A stretch of DNA of 64,000 bases from Bugula neritina. Taxonomy: Eukaryota; Animalia; Bryozoa. The notes below the pieces were generated by a model. It saw only the letters and a program-made list of their open reading frames with translations, did not search any database and had not been told where the DNA came from. How positions within the stretch are numbered: the stretch's first letter is position 1; each line of letters begins with the position of its first letter. A program made the translations under genes and the position numbers. Where the stretch lies: contig OZ037766.1 in the NCBI GenBank assembly GCA_964035545.1, positions 11,646,722 through 11,710,721 of the forward strand, in the 5' to 3' direction. This document shows positions 11,436 through 23,717 of this stretch, one piece after another.

Positions 11436-11710
11436 TTAGACTACTCGGAGTACTCCAACTCTGCCTCTCGGGAGAAGCCCAGATGTCGTGTAAATGTTTG
11501 ACTGCTTAACAGGTTATCCCCTGTCTAACACCACAGCTAGCTAGTATTCCTCGTCTATCTACAGCTGGCCAATTGTATGCAACGGATCGTTATAATGACT
11601 CTGTCTATTATTATGTCTCTTCCTGTATATCATGTATTATTTTGTCCACTGATGTATGCAAGTACTATTGAATGTTTTTTTATATATATATCAGAAAGAT
11701 GGCTTTCTGC

Positions 11711-11722
11711 TGGTGGGGGCGG
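11711..11722 (+). promoter_or_regulatory. Polypurine tract of Gypsy element
   Basis: G-rich TGGTGGGGGCGG immediately before the 3' LTR. Confidence 0.65.
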
Positions 11723-12028
11723 TGTGGTGGTTCGTGGAACTACCAGCAGCACAACATGTAGGGTCGCGTAATTGACCCGGAACAATGGATAGCCAATTAG
11801 CGTAGTTGATAGTTAGCAGCGATTGTAGTTTCCCGCTGCTAACTCAGTCGAAGCTAGAGTGTGAAATAGATTAGATGTGTAACTTGTTAGAAATAATGTA
11901 TCGTGTTTTTATAATGTATAGTTGTGTATAAAATATACTCGTTCACTCGACTTAGCCTGGTGCAGTTCTATACTAGATAAATAGACTCTCTGGATAGCAT
12001 ATCAACCCTAAATCTGAAAATCTTAACA
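11723..12028 (+). repeat. 3' LTR of Gypsy element
   Basis: Direct repeat of 4523-4828 at an offset of exactly 7200; followed by TSD ATAA. Confidence 0.97.
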
Positions 12029-12599
12029 ATAAAAAGAAATGTGGATTGTGCAAAATAGTATCCAATTTTATCAAGCTATCTTGAAGAAAAAATATTTGCT
12101 GAAATACCAAAAATAATTGCCTCTTACTTAGAATTCTATGCTGATACAGAATTTAAAGACTGCAAGACGGTATTTCAAATTAAAACCAAGTTGTTTATAT
12201 AAACATATATGTTTGTTATGAATCGACATATTGCATGCAGCATAAGCATGCAGAATAATTGTATGACCAAGCTATTTATACAAAAATAAAAACAAAGTCA
12301 TGCTGATGTGCGAAAAAACTATATTTATAAAATCATAGCACAAAATAAATGTTAAAATGAATAAATATTGAAATCTTTTGAGCACAGTCCAAGTGAATCA
12401 TTTGCTAGTCTGTCAGTAGCCAGTAAACATCTGCAAAAATCAACAAGATTCTGTAAAATTATTTAGAGAAACAGAAGCATAAGAGATGATCAAAATCAAA
12501 TTGGTTGCAGCAAAATATATAGCAAATGTCTAAAAATAGTGCTTTATTATGAAAAAGTATTCTCGTCACCATTGTCACTGCCATCAGTCTCATCAGCTT

Positions 12600-14160
12600 C
12601 TTCCCCAATGTAGAGCTTCTTCTCAGACAATCCTTACATTGACAAACATCAGTGTATGCACTGCATTTGAGACTTCTGACATCCACATCTTGATATGTTG
12701 CAGCTGGTCTTACAGAAGCAGTTTAAACTTTGCAATATACATGTTCAGGTTCGAAAGCTTGAATCATCCACTTTACATTTATGCTACCATGATTCTCAAC
12801 AATCTTTTCATGGTGTTATGGAGATGGTGCATCAATATAGGCTGTTGTCACCCTTCTCCAATAGGCTGCCTGATTATTTGCTCTTTTTACGTGCAAATTT
12901 AATTCATTTTTTGTTGGAGGCAAACTGTATTAAGTTATTTTAGACGGTGAACAAAATACAGTGTATCGGACATCATCTATATTTGAATTTCCTGCTCTAT
13001 AAAGTTTATAGACAAATTGTTCTACTTCAGTCGCTGTAATGGCTTACAGCTTGAAATACTTCCCAAGGTGTTCAAAGCTTCTCATACATTATGGATATTT
13101 TCTCAAAAGAGAGTAGGCTGTGCGCTATCCTTTTCCATAAAAATCACTATAGTCGAATCACAACCTATTAAAACATGAAATCTAGTAAGTGCTGCACACA
13201 ACTTCGGTCTGGATTTATTTGCTGCAATGTTGACATCCAAACACCTAATATGATTATGGTTTCCTCCCAGATAGACGCTATTTTCATTTTGTTACCATAT
13301 ATATTAATATTACCTATATAACTGTTGTATTGATTGCTAAACAGCTAATATGCTAATAGCTATAGTAGCTAACATGAATTATCTAGAATAATATTTTCTT
13401 ATTTTTACGAATTTTTGTGGGACAAAAAGTAGTAATACATTAATAATAGACACTATCTTTGAATGATACTTATTAACAATATAATATTTTTCCAAACAAC
13501 AGGCAAGAGGTATGAAATATACAAAATTAAAAAGTTAATGCAGATCAAAGGAATTTATTTATGTGCTAAATAACAAGCAATTGATCCAAGTTTATTTAAA
13601 TATACATATATTTCAATAATATTAAAATAAGTTGCACATTGAAATACATTTTACCAAAATAAATCACTATAATAGCGGCTAAGTAGGAAATTTAATCTAG
13701 CTTCTATCTGGCATGACACCATGATTACCACACCCGTGAAAAAATATAATTGGTAAGAAGGTAATGTTGTGCAAATAGCGAGACTTAAGATGAAAACATC
13801 AGTGTCTTGAAATTTGATTATTACACGTGGGCTTATGATGTTCATAAGATATTTTGCATGTAACAAAGTTTGTGTATCTGCTTCCTCGTGATCTAATTGT
13901 AAACATTTGAGTTTTGCTTTCTTAGGAATTCCACCATGTTTGAAAAATTCTAGCTGAATGCAATTTTTTTTGGTATGCAACAACAATAATAACAATATCG
14001 TTCTCTAAAATATTTTTACTCCATGTTTCACACAAAAATGCATCAGTCTCAAACTCAGCTTGTTTTATTTGCTGATAAGAAATTATTATTTTTGTGACAA
14101 ATGGCACACATGAAAAAAGTACATGTCGATGATCTTTGAATAAGGCATTCAGCCCAAGAT
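12600..14160 (-). pseudogene. Decayed Academ protein C-terminal region: XPG/FEN1-like PIN nuclease plus Cys-rich finger
   Basis: Minus-strand motifs in the expected order: LDHEEADTQTLLHA...DTDVFIL (~13790-13900), ALTRFHVLIGCDS (~13150-13195, H3TH-like), LPPTKNELNLHVKRANNQAAYWR (~12855-12925), CSAYTDVCQCKDC (~12625-12665). Frameshifts and stops lie between them. Confidence 0.75.
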
Positions 14161-14619
14161 CATTTTTCTAATGGGTGGCTTAGATATAACCATATATATT
14201 TTAAATTATAGGGAAGCTTTAGGGTATTTCTTTGTAACTATAACTGAGCTAAATTGACTCTAGAGTCATTATATTAAGATAGTATATAAATATGCATTTT
14301 AACCAGGGCATTGTTCTAGAAAACAAATTGCTTATTTATATATAGTTCAGCCTAAATTTATTGGCAAAGCTCAATTGTACACATTTTAAATATTATCTTC
14401 CGGAGTCCAGATCAACCTGCTCATGCTTCTCATTACCTTTTTGTAAAAGCAGTTATTATAATAAAAATCATGAAGAAAATCATTATCAGACACAGATTTA
14501 CTTATAATTTGGCTTTTTTATAGCTGATCAATAATAATGTTTGCCTTATAACTAAACAATCCATTCCTTTGCTTGTTTTCATCTATATAGTCTACTTTTT
14601 TTCAGATGTTTTCACAAGA

Positions 14620-15025
14620 AAATCACTAGAGTTAAACTCAGAGAAGTGAAAAACACATCTATGATTATCTGCAAAAGCTTTTGCTTGTATATATAATAAA
14701 CTAGCTTCAATAATTTCAAGATCATATTTGATAGATTTGGACAAAGTTGTGGGGAAACAACTCCTGTAAAATTTTAAAGAGCTTTTGTGACTAACTGGGT
14801 GGACAGAAAAACTTAGAGTCTTTATAACAGAAAATTGGGAAAAATATCTATAATTATCAGCAAAATTATTTTGCTTATATAAAATAAATTAGCTTTAATA
14901 ATTCCAAGATATTTAGCCGAGTTACAAAAACGTTAAGAAAAGACAACTCCTGATTAATTTTAAAAGTTTGAAGCGCTTTTGTGGCTAACTGGGTGCACAG
15001 AACAGTCTAGAGTTGTCAGATCAGA
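14620..15025. repeat. Two diverged ~190-bp tandem copies inside the Academ element
   Basis: Repeated blocks such as ACAACTCCTG...CTTTTGTG(A/G)CTAACTGGGTG(G/C)ACAGAA at ~14757-14807 and ~14943-15002. Confidence 0.6.
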
Positions 15026-15699
15026 AAATGCATAGTGTTTTGTGTTTTTGCAGAGTAGATACTGTACAATAATGTAATACATTTACAGAGAATAATATGC
15101 TGGTAGTGATTATAGTTTAGTCAACAATTTGAGTAGGCTATGAGTGGTAAACAATTTACCAAGTAAATGTAACCTGATATAGTGGTGGTAAACTATAATT
15201 TAGTTCCTAGAAAGTCAGTTCTTGGAAAATATGCTATTCTTGAAACAGTAAATAATTGTAGATGTATGGGGCTTTCTTCCTTTTTTTTATATGCTTAACT
15301 CTTACTTCTGTATTCCACAAGTTATACCTTTAAGATATTCCAACTTACTGAATTATGGTTGCCGTTGGTGCTGAGGCTTGCCTGCTTCCTTGAAACTTTC
15401 AGTGAGATGACTGCTGTGACAGGTTGAAGTAACTATAAATTATTATATCTATTCCGTCACGGTATGTAGACTACACTGTATATCTACAAAATTCAAGAAA
15501 GAATGTGGAATACATATTCTGAAAGCAATGGACTTGAAACTTGAGTACAGCTGAAATTGAAATATGCAAATGAGCTAAGCGTCATGACACTACATGGAAA
15601 TTGCTTCAAACATTAATATACTAAACGTATGATTTACAGCGCTTTGAATAATGCAGATATAGTATGTTTAGTAATATGGTATTATACAAGTAGTTGTGG

Positions 15700-15981
15700 T
15701 ATAGGGACAATTTCATATACATGTTTTGTTCACGTGTTGGGATTTGTAAAATTTTAACCCCGTCTTACATGAACATTAATTGGTAAACAAACATGAATAA
15801 AACCGGGACGTATATGATTATTCAATCATATTAACATATAGATGACATTTAACGTTTATTATATACTTGATGAATTATACAAATTTGATTTAACCTGGTG
15901 TTTTACTTCACTTGTAGAATCTAATAACTACAAAATCAACACGTGAACAACTAATACGTATTAATATATTTTCTTGCTATA
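15700..15981. mobile_element. Small inverted-repeat element (MITE-like)
   Basis: TTGTTCACGTGTTG..TTTGTA near 15725-15750 is the inverted counterpart of TACAAAATCAACACGTGAACAA near 15929-15950. Confidence 0.5.
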
Positions 15982-18525
15982 AAACATATATTTTAGGCTA
16001 TGAGTTATGGCAGAAATAATGCTGGTATAACTTATTAGTCTTAGAGATCCTGATATGGTCAATACCGGGATGGTGTCACCAACAATTCCTCATGTAGCAG
16101 TTAGCACATTGTTGGACTTGAACCTGCGGACCAACCAGCAACTTACCTGGTTAGACTCATCGCCCAAACCTCAGAAATCCAAAACAACCCGACTATAAAA
16201 GGCAGCTCAGAAGCCGCAATAGATTATCGACGATAAGAAGAGCAATTAATAATCAGAAGAGCCATAGTATATTTTTGTGCGAAATTATTTAGAAATTCAA
16301 TTACATTTAAACCTAATCAATTTTTGGACTGAGAAGTTTCATTGTAAGTAACTTGATTTATTTTCTTGTGATGTACTAATTTTATCTATTGTTTGTTTTA
16401 TTACTATATAACTTGTACTTGTGAATTGAAAATCTACTTTGAAGTTGCATAAATTACACTTGAAGGAATATTTTTAAATTAAGAATTTGATTGAGTTACG
16501 TAGGTTGTTTGAGGAACTGTCTTAGAATTGTTTGATCTATTAAGTTACGCCAAATTTATGTTTAACAGGCTTATCAATTTTTGTTGCCAGTATATTATAC
16601 ACAGTGAGATTTCAAAGGGTCGCTAGGATATACATATATATTTGTTTCATTTCTTTTGGGTTTGGTTATTATAATAATTTTTCTTGTCTTATAATTTTGT
16701 TTCCATATTATTATCAAATAGATATTTTAAAACGCATGCAAAATCCATAGTTTTGTTCATTTCCGGAGAGGCAGGTCCTAAATTTGTCTCACGAAATTTA
16801 TAACCTGAGTGCTACCATTACACAATAACACATAGAACCACATATATTGTTTATACATAAATAATATTGCCAAACCAAACCATTAATAAACATTTGTCGA
16901 GCGGAGATAACTTTATATTTTTATTCTGCAGTTATTGGATTGCAGACACTAATTTCAAAGCAAAATTATTCAAGTAATATCTAATTGTTAATTGTCTCCC
17001 CTTGAATCAACCATCTAGTGAAAGGTTATTTGCATTCAAGTAATAAATAAATATACACATATTCCAACAAGTTTATAAATTATCAAATATTATTAAAGCT
17101 ATTGTTATAAAGGTATTATAAAGTTATTGTAAATAACAGTAATTATATATTATTTTATTTTATTTTATTTTCGTTCGACAGAGTTTTCACAGATTAATTA
17201 GGACTCTTCAAACTCTCCATTTCTAAAAAAAATGCGTGGCCACCCCTCGAAGTGTAATGAGTGAAAGATAATTGGAGGTTACTTCTAGACTAAATAGCTT
17301 AATGTTATTATTACCACATATTTACCAGCATTATTAGTATTACGGCATTGAAAATATCATAATAATATTGCATTGTTTAATTTTATATTTAGACACTTGT
17401 ATTTTTGTATTGTCATTGCGCAGTAAATTAAAGTAAACAAACAAAGCTATCAACTTTAAGCTTTAATTTCCGAAGAAAAAATGCTATCAAAATATAGTCT
17501 TCATGCAAATATCTACAATAAAAACTAATATTTGACTAGAGTCTAGAGTCTAGACTCTAGACGATAGATTATATTTGGTGACGTAATGAAACAACTTTAA
17601 AAAGTTTCGCTCGCTACCTTTATTTGCGACTTCTCCAAGCTAAGAGGAAGTTTTAGTTTGAGGGCCGATCGCTTTGACCATAATTATAATACTTATAGTT
17701 ATACTATTACTATTAGTATTAGACTTAGTATTACTAAGTCTACTAGTATTACTATTACAGTACTGAAAGTAAGTCTAATACTAATAGTAATACCTATACT
17801 GAGTCTAAAGCCATAGACATAGTGATAGTAAATGTAATAGTGTGAGTCTGGTAGTGAAACTCATACTGATACTCATACTGATAGCAACTAAATTTCATCA
17901 GAAAGTCATCTCCTGATCATGGTGATATTCATATTTATATTGGTATTCATATAATCATAATGATAGTGCAAACTCATTCAATGATATTGATAAATAATAA
18001 ATATAATCATACTCATACTGATAGTGATACTGACCGATATGTCGGTAAAGCTTGAGCTAAGGCAACACTAGTATAAGTTTCACCATCAGTATAATTATAT
18101 AAATTCAAAATAGGTGAAAAATTGTGTTTGTGGCTGTCAGAAACCTTTGGTAGTAGACTTTTTTTCGGCTGCTATGAAAGTTTGTTTTTGAGCTGCTTTA
18201 GTTGCTGCAGTGTTGTCTTTGTCTCGCACCAATCAATTATCAGTTATGCCGCCAAGATAGTGCTAGTGCGTAGTAGGTATTCACTATTCAGTTATTAGTG
18301 CTTTTGGTTACATCATATAGTCTCAAAGTATGCCCAGTTTCTTCTGGTGTTGAAAAGTTATATTGCAATCGTCATTATCAATATCTATACCTTTAAATTA
18401 TAGCCTGCCCAGCTGGTTGATGCAACATTTTAAAATTGTAGTCTAATATCGTTTCTTTTAAGGTTTCTTTTTAATACATCTCCAAACCTTAGACCTCAAA
18501 AATGTGATTCCCTGTTCTTGAATTC

Positions 18526-21500
18526 TGTTTTGTGTTGTTTTGTGTTATTGTTTCAGCTATCGTGAAAAAGAGAGAACGTGCTCAAGTGAGTTGATTAACG
18601 GAAGAGGCCGAAGCCGTGATTTATTACCACAATATATAATACAAGATAATACTGAAATTATTACAAAATAAGTGAGACAATTGATTATTATGATTATGCA
18701 CAAAAATAGTAAATTAATAAAATAACATAACAAATAAATGTTTACATAAATACCGAACATCTCCCACAGAATAGAAAGAGGCTAGTTAGGTACGAATGTT
18801 TTAAGAGGGCACATAGTCTGCCATCCAACTAGGGGGCTTCCGTTCTCTGGTTGAACGCCGTGGGTTGTCGCTATGATTGGCGCTCTCGGTGGTTTCAACC
18901 TGGGTGCTACTAGTATTTTGCTTAAGATCCTTTGGTGTCTCAGGACTCGCTGGTTCCGTGACAAGCGGTCTGATATCTCGCCGGTTTCTCCGAAAGAGAT
19001 TGTTGTTGAGCTGTACGGCATAGGCTCTGCTAGTCAATTGTTTGTTAATTTGTGCCTCCTGCTATTTTCTCCGGTGCTGACTCCAGTCCCGAACCAAAAC
19101 TGGTTGCCCTTTTTTCAGCACTGCCAAATCTCTAGCAGCGTCATTACATCTCTGCTGTAGTTTTTCATTGTGGCTCTGCTTTTCCCACCAACCTTGGTTG
19201 TCCTCTGTTTTTGGCTTGACTTGTGGTAGAACTGACCTGGTGGGCCTTCCAATAAGTTGCTGAATTGGGCTGGCCGTCAGGCCTTTTTTGGTGGTATTGA
19301 GATGTTCCAGCAAAGCAAGTTCGGGCTCTTCACATCTGCGGAGTATGCGCTTGACTATCTTCACAGCAGACTCTGCCTTCCCATTAGATTGAGGATGATA
19401 TGGAGAGCTGGTGGTGTGTCTGAAATTCCATGATTAGCTAAAAGTAGAAAACTGGTGTGAAGTAAACTGTGGTCCGTTGTCAGTGTGAACCTGTCTGGGT
19501 ATTCCCAGGCGTCCAAAACAGTGTTTTATAGAGTTGATTACAGTCTCTGCTGTTTGGTTGCCCAGTCGGTCGTATTTAAGGTAGTCAGTCGTATAGCCAA
19601 CAATAGTAATGTAATGAGTGTGGTTGTATTCAAACAGGTCGATTCCTACTTTTGTCCAGGGTTGTTGGGGAACTGTGTGGAGTAAAAGTGTTTCCTTCTG
19701 TTGCCGGGGAGCATCCAGTTGACATTGTCGACAGCTAGCAATATTGTTTTTAATGTCATTGGTGATGCCAAGCCAAAACACTCTGTGGCAGGCACGTCTT
19801 AGTGTGGAGTTAATTTCATTATGGCCAGTGTGAAGTAGTTGGAGAAACTTTCTCTGGAGTGCCTTTGGAATAATGGCTCTTAGCCCTTTGTAAACAATGC
19901 CATTGTCAATAGATAGTTCATCCTGAAAGTGTTCAAACTTGTCATGAGTTGTGCAGTTGGCAATGTTCCAGTCATGTTTAATAAGGTTTGTCAGTGTCAT
20001 AAGTTCATTATCCTGTGCAGTAGCAGTCCTGATGTTGTTAATTAAGCGTCACAAACAGGAGCATCATTATTTTGAGAGTCAACATGAAAAATATGTTCTG
20101 GTAGTTGTTGATAGTTGAGAGAGTCAAAGTATGAGTCTCTTGAAAGTAAGTCAGCCGTGATTTGTTCAGCACTCTTTTGCCAAGTTACCTTAATGTTTGG
20201 GTATTTTTGTAAGTGAAGAAGCATAGCCTGCAACCTCCGAGATGCCTTATGAATGGATTTCCTGAAAATAGATATCAGGGGTTTGTGGTCAGTTTGGATA
20301 GTGACAGCATGGTGACCAAAGATATGCTGGTCAAAGCGTTCAGTGCCAAACACTATGGCAAGGCACTCAAGCTCTAGTGGTACATAGTTCTGTTCCGATT
20401 TTGTTCAACTGCGAGATGCGTATGCTACAGGCTTGCCTCCTTGCATGAGTGTTGCACCCACACCAGCATTTGAAGCGTCAGTTTGTATAGTTACTGGTTT
20501 GTTGCAGTCAAAGTATTGTAGAGTTTCCAAGTCAGTAAAGTCTTCAGTCTATTAAAAGCGTTCATTTGGTCGTCAATCCAGTGAAAGTCGAGCATTGTCT
20601 TGTGTCAGTAAACGTCGTAATGGTTCAGATTCCGATGCTAGATTGCTAATAAATTTTGACATGTAGGTGATGTGACCAAGGAACCGTTTTACTCCTTGTG
20701 GAGATGAAGGAGGTTTCATCATAAGAATGGCATTTACTTTGTTAGGATCTGGTTTAAGTCCATTAGTTGTCAGTATGTGTCCAATGTAAGGTAGTTCGTC
20801 CTGAAGGAAACGGGATTTTTTCTTGTTCGGTCTCAGTCCTGTCTGTCGAGCACGTTTGAAGAGCGCTTCAAGGTTGCTATCATGCTCTTTCCTTGTCCTT
20901 CCAAAAATTGGGATGTCATCTGCAACTATGGTGATGCCATCAAGACCAGCAAGATTTTCCGTGAGCCTTCTCTGAAACTCCTCCGGCGCTGATGCAATTC
21001 CGAAGAGTAGCCTTAGGTACTTGTATTTCCCTATGGGAGTCCAGAAAGTTGTCAAGTCTGTCGATTCTTCAGCTAGAGGAATTTGATAAAAACCTTCTTT
21101 TGCGTCACACAAGGAGAAAAACTTGGCGCCGTTTAGTTATGGCAAAACATCTTCCAATGTTGGCATGACGGCGTGGTTTCGTTTAATTGCTTGATTAAGA
21201 TTTTGCGGATCTATCCAAATGCGTATTTTTCCATTAGGCTTGCGTACTGGCTGTAGATGGCTTATCCAGTCTGTAGGTGCTTCTACCTTGGTGATAATTT
21301 GGCGTTGTTCTAGTTCAAGAATAGTCTTGATGAGATCTGATTTCATCGACAAGGACACCTTCTGCGGTCGGACTTGCACTGGTACAGCTTCAGGTCTCAG
21401 CTCTATCCTATATTCCTGTTCAAATTTTCCAAGTCCAGTAAATATGTCATCAAAGTCAGTCGGTAAAGTCTGAAGGTCTGGGTCAGTAGTGGCAAAGTTT

Positions 21501-23014
21501 ACATTCTCGCTTTTGGTGCTGGGCATTTGTAATAAATCCAGGTGCAAACATGATTTCCATGACAGCAAGCTGTGTTGGGTGGTTTCCACAACTAGGGATT
21601 TTAATGTAGTGTAACGTCCTTGCTTGTTTAGTATCCGTATACGTGTCCACCCTAATGGTGCACACTTGCTCTGGTCGTATAAAGTTAGTACAGTATCAGT
21701 CGTTGTAAGTTTCGGTCTACCTAGTCAACAGTATTCAAAGTATTGCATGATGCACCAGTGTCAAGTTGGAATTCAATGTCATAAATAGTATCAGCCTGCT
21801 TAGCAGTGAGCGTCGCTAATAGTTCACGATCCCGTATTGTAGTGGGGATAGTACTTACATTTTGAGAGTCACTGAAGAGTAATTCCAGGTGACTTTATTG
21901 GCTGTTTCGGTTGAGTCGCGATAATGATGCATGCGTGACCTGCAGTACTTGGCAAAGTGGTTAAACTTCTTGCAATGATTGCACTGTTTCCCATATGCTG
22001 GGCATGCTCGAGGTGGGTGGTTGCCGCCACAGTTTCCACACCTAGAAGCACCAACTGGTTTTCTGACGTTGGGCTGAAAGCGAGTGTGTGAAAGCTGTCC
22101 TCTGTGTTTATCAGTGTTACGAGTGTCATCAGAGTGATATTGATGAGTCGGAGGTCTATGTTTTACCAAGTTCACTTGTTTGAGTCCACAAGTGTTATCA
22201 TTAGTCATAGTCTTGTAGTCAATAGCTGATGCTTCTTCCTGTCTACAGAGCTCAATTGCTTTGTCAAAGTCAGAGTCAGTCAAGTCAAACAGTTTCTATC
22301 TAATCTTGTCACTTTCAATCCCCAGTATCAGTGCTTGTAGTATCAGTCGTTTGTATATATCTTTTAAGTCACATAGTCCTGCAATGGTATGTAGTTCAGT
22401 CAAAAATTCGTCAATAGTTCTATTCTCATGCTTACAAGTCAGTAGTGAGTGAGTCTTAGCCACTAAGTTTCTTCTTGGTTTGCAGTAGTCATCAAATTGT
22501 GTCACAACTTTGTCGTAGTCCGTCTTGTCATCGTTGTCAGTCCAGTTGAAAGATTCGTATATTTGGTTGCCTCGGCGACCGATAGTTCTAAATAGGTATG
22601 CAGTTTTCACTTTGCCTTCGGCTGTATCTTTCGATGTGGCAGTTAAAAAAAGTTCGAAGTCACGTTTAAAAATCGTCCACTCCTCAAGTAGATTCGGTCC
22701 TTCTACTAATGGTTTTGGCGCTAGTAATTGCTCCATGTTGTTTCAGTGTAATAATAATAACGATTAGACTCGGGGCACTATGTTTTGTGTTGTTTTGTGT
22801 TATTGTTTCAGCTATCATGAAAAAGAAAGAACATGCTCAAGTTAGTTGATTAACGGAAGAGGCCGAAGCCGTGATTTATTACTACAATATATAATACAAG
22901 ATAATACTGAAATTATTACAAAATAAGTGAGACAATTGATTATTATGATTATGCACAAAAATAGTAAATTAATAAAATAACATTGCAAATAAATGTTTAC
23001 ATAAATACCGAAAA
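18526..23014 (-). mobile_element. Decayed Ty3/Gypsy (Mag-like) LTR retrotransposon
   Basis: 234-bp LTRs at 18526-18759 and 22781-23014 with about 8 mismatches. Approximate 5-bp TSD AATTC. Degenerate PBS TAGTGCCCCG. Double knuckle CGNCGGNH..CPAYGKQCNHCKKFNHFAKYC, RT VADD, RNase H QTDAS/TDHKPL, integrase TDNGPQF. Many stops and frameshifts. Confidence 0.92.
18801..22736 (-). pseudogene. Disrupted gag-pol of the Mag-like element
   Basis: Fragmented ORFs: 22296-22736 and 21855-22283 (gag), 21137-21589 and 20573-21112 (RT), 20042-20353 (RNase H), 19434-20000, 19062-19364 and 18801-19037 (integrase and tail RSTRERKPPSWMADYV). Confidence 0.9.
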
Positions 23015-23717
23015 AAATTCATTTTGAAATTTAGAAGCTGTCTAAAAAGTATATTTGATTAGCATGTCCAGTCCATCTCAAATTATGTTCATTGAGTTTA
23101 TCGTGCTAGCAATGCTAATCTGAAAATAACTGCAACACAGAACTAAAACTACCAAACTACTGACTGACTCTGCACTAGTGTACAGTGATGATTTTCTATT
23201 TGGGGAACATTAATAATATAAAGAAGAAACTTCCCTTTTTAATTGATAGGCTTTTTTATTTCTAGCTGAAAAGATGTATATTTTGTATTAATGCTTATCA
23301 TTAGGTATATGGCATTTATATCCTCTTGATTATATGTTATTAATAGCTATACTTGTGTGTTCTCAGTGCTCTAACTTGTGTTGACTTTATTATGAAACTC
23401 AATTGTGACAATAATATGGCATGTTTAAAATTTGTATCAGTAAAAATTGATCTTGGTTTAGAAAAAAATGGTGAATTAATATTTTTCAGTTGTATTCTTC
23501 AAGCTACCAGATCAATTGTTAGGAAAATTTTCAACTAGTCATAATTTTTCGGTCAGATCTAAGCTCACATCACTGCGTTAATGAGCATTTATCCATATTC
23601 AATATTCAATTAGTTTTAATTTTTTTTAAAAAGTACAAGACTGCACTAAATAAAATGCGTTTGCAGATCTGTGTCTATTTCATCAGGTGAAATGTGATGA
23701 CAAACTAAGCATCAGTA

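Larger units (their letters stand above)
4523..12028 (+). mobile_element. Full-length Ty3/Gypsy LTR retrotransposon (7506 bp), very recent insertion
   Basis: 306-bp TG...CA LTRs at 4523-4828 and 11723-12028 with one visible mismatch (A4621/G11821). 4-bp TSD ATAA. PBS and PPT present. Domain order gag, PR-RT-RH-IN. Confidence 0.97.
4332..17292 (-). mobile_element. Academ (AcademX-like) DNA transposon, degenerate and probably non-autonomous; contains a nested Gypsy element
   Basis: TIRs: TAGTCTAGAAGTAACTTCC at 4332 versus the reverse complement TAGTCTAGAAGTAACCTCC ending at 17292. Both ends share a subterminal ATTACACTT...GGTGGCCAC. 3-bp TSD AAT (4329-4331 and 17293-17295). Internal XPG/PIN and Cys-cluster remnants. 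TAG termini, 3-4 bp TSD and XPG plus Cys8 finger are known Academ hallmarks. Confidence 0.8.

Noticed and set aside
16001-16830. Possible solo LTR inside the Academ element (TG...CA ends, TATAAAA at ~16195)
   Set aside because: No second copy in the window, no clear TSD, PBS or PPT; cannot be supported without a genome-wide search.
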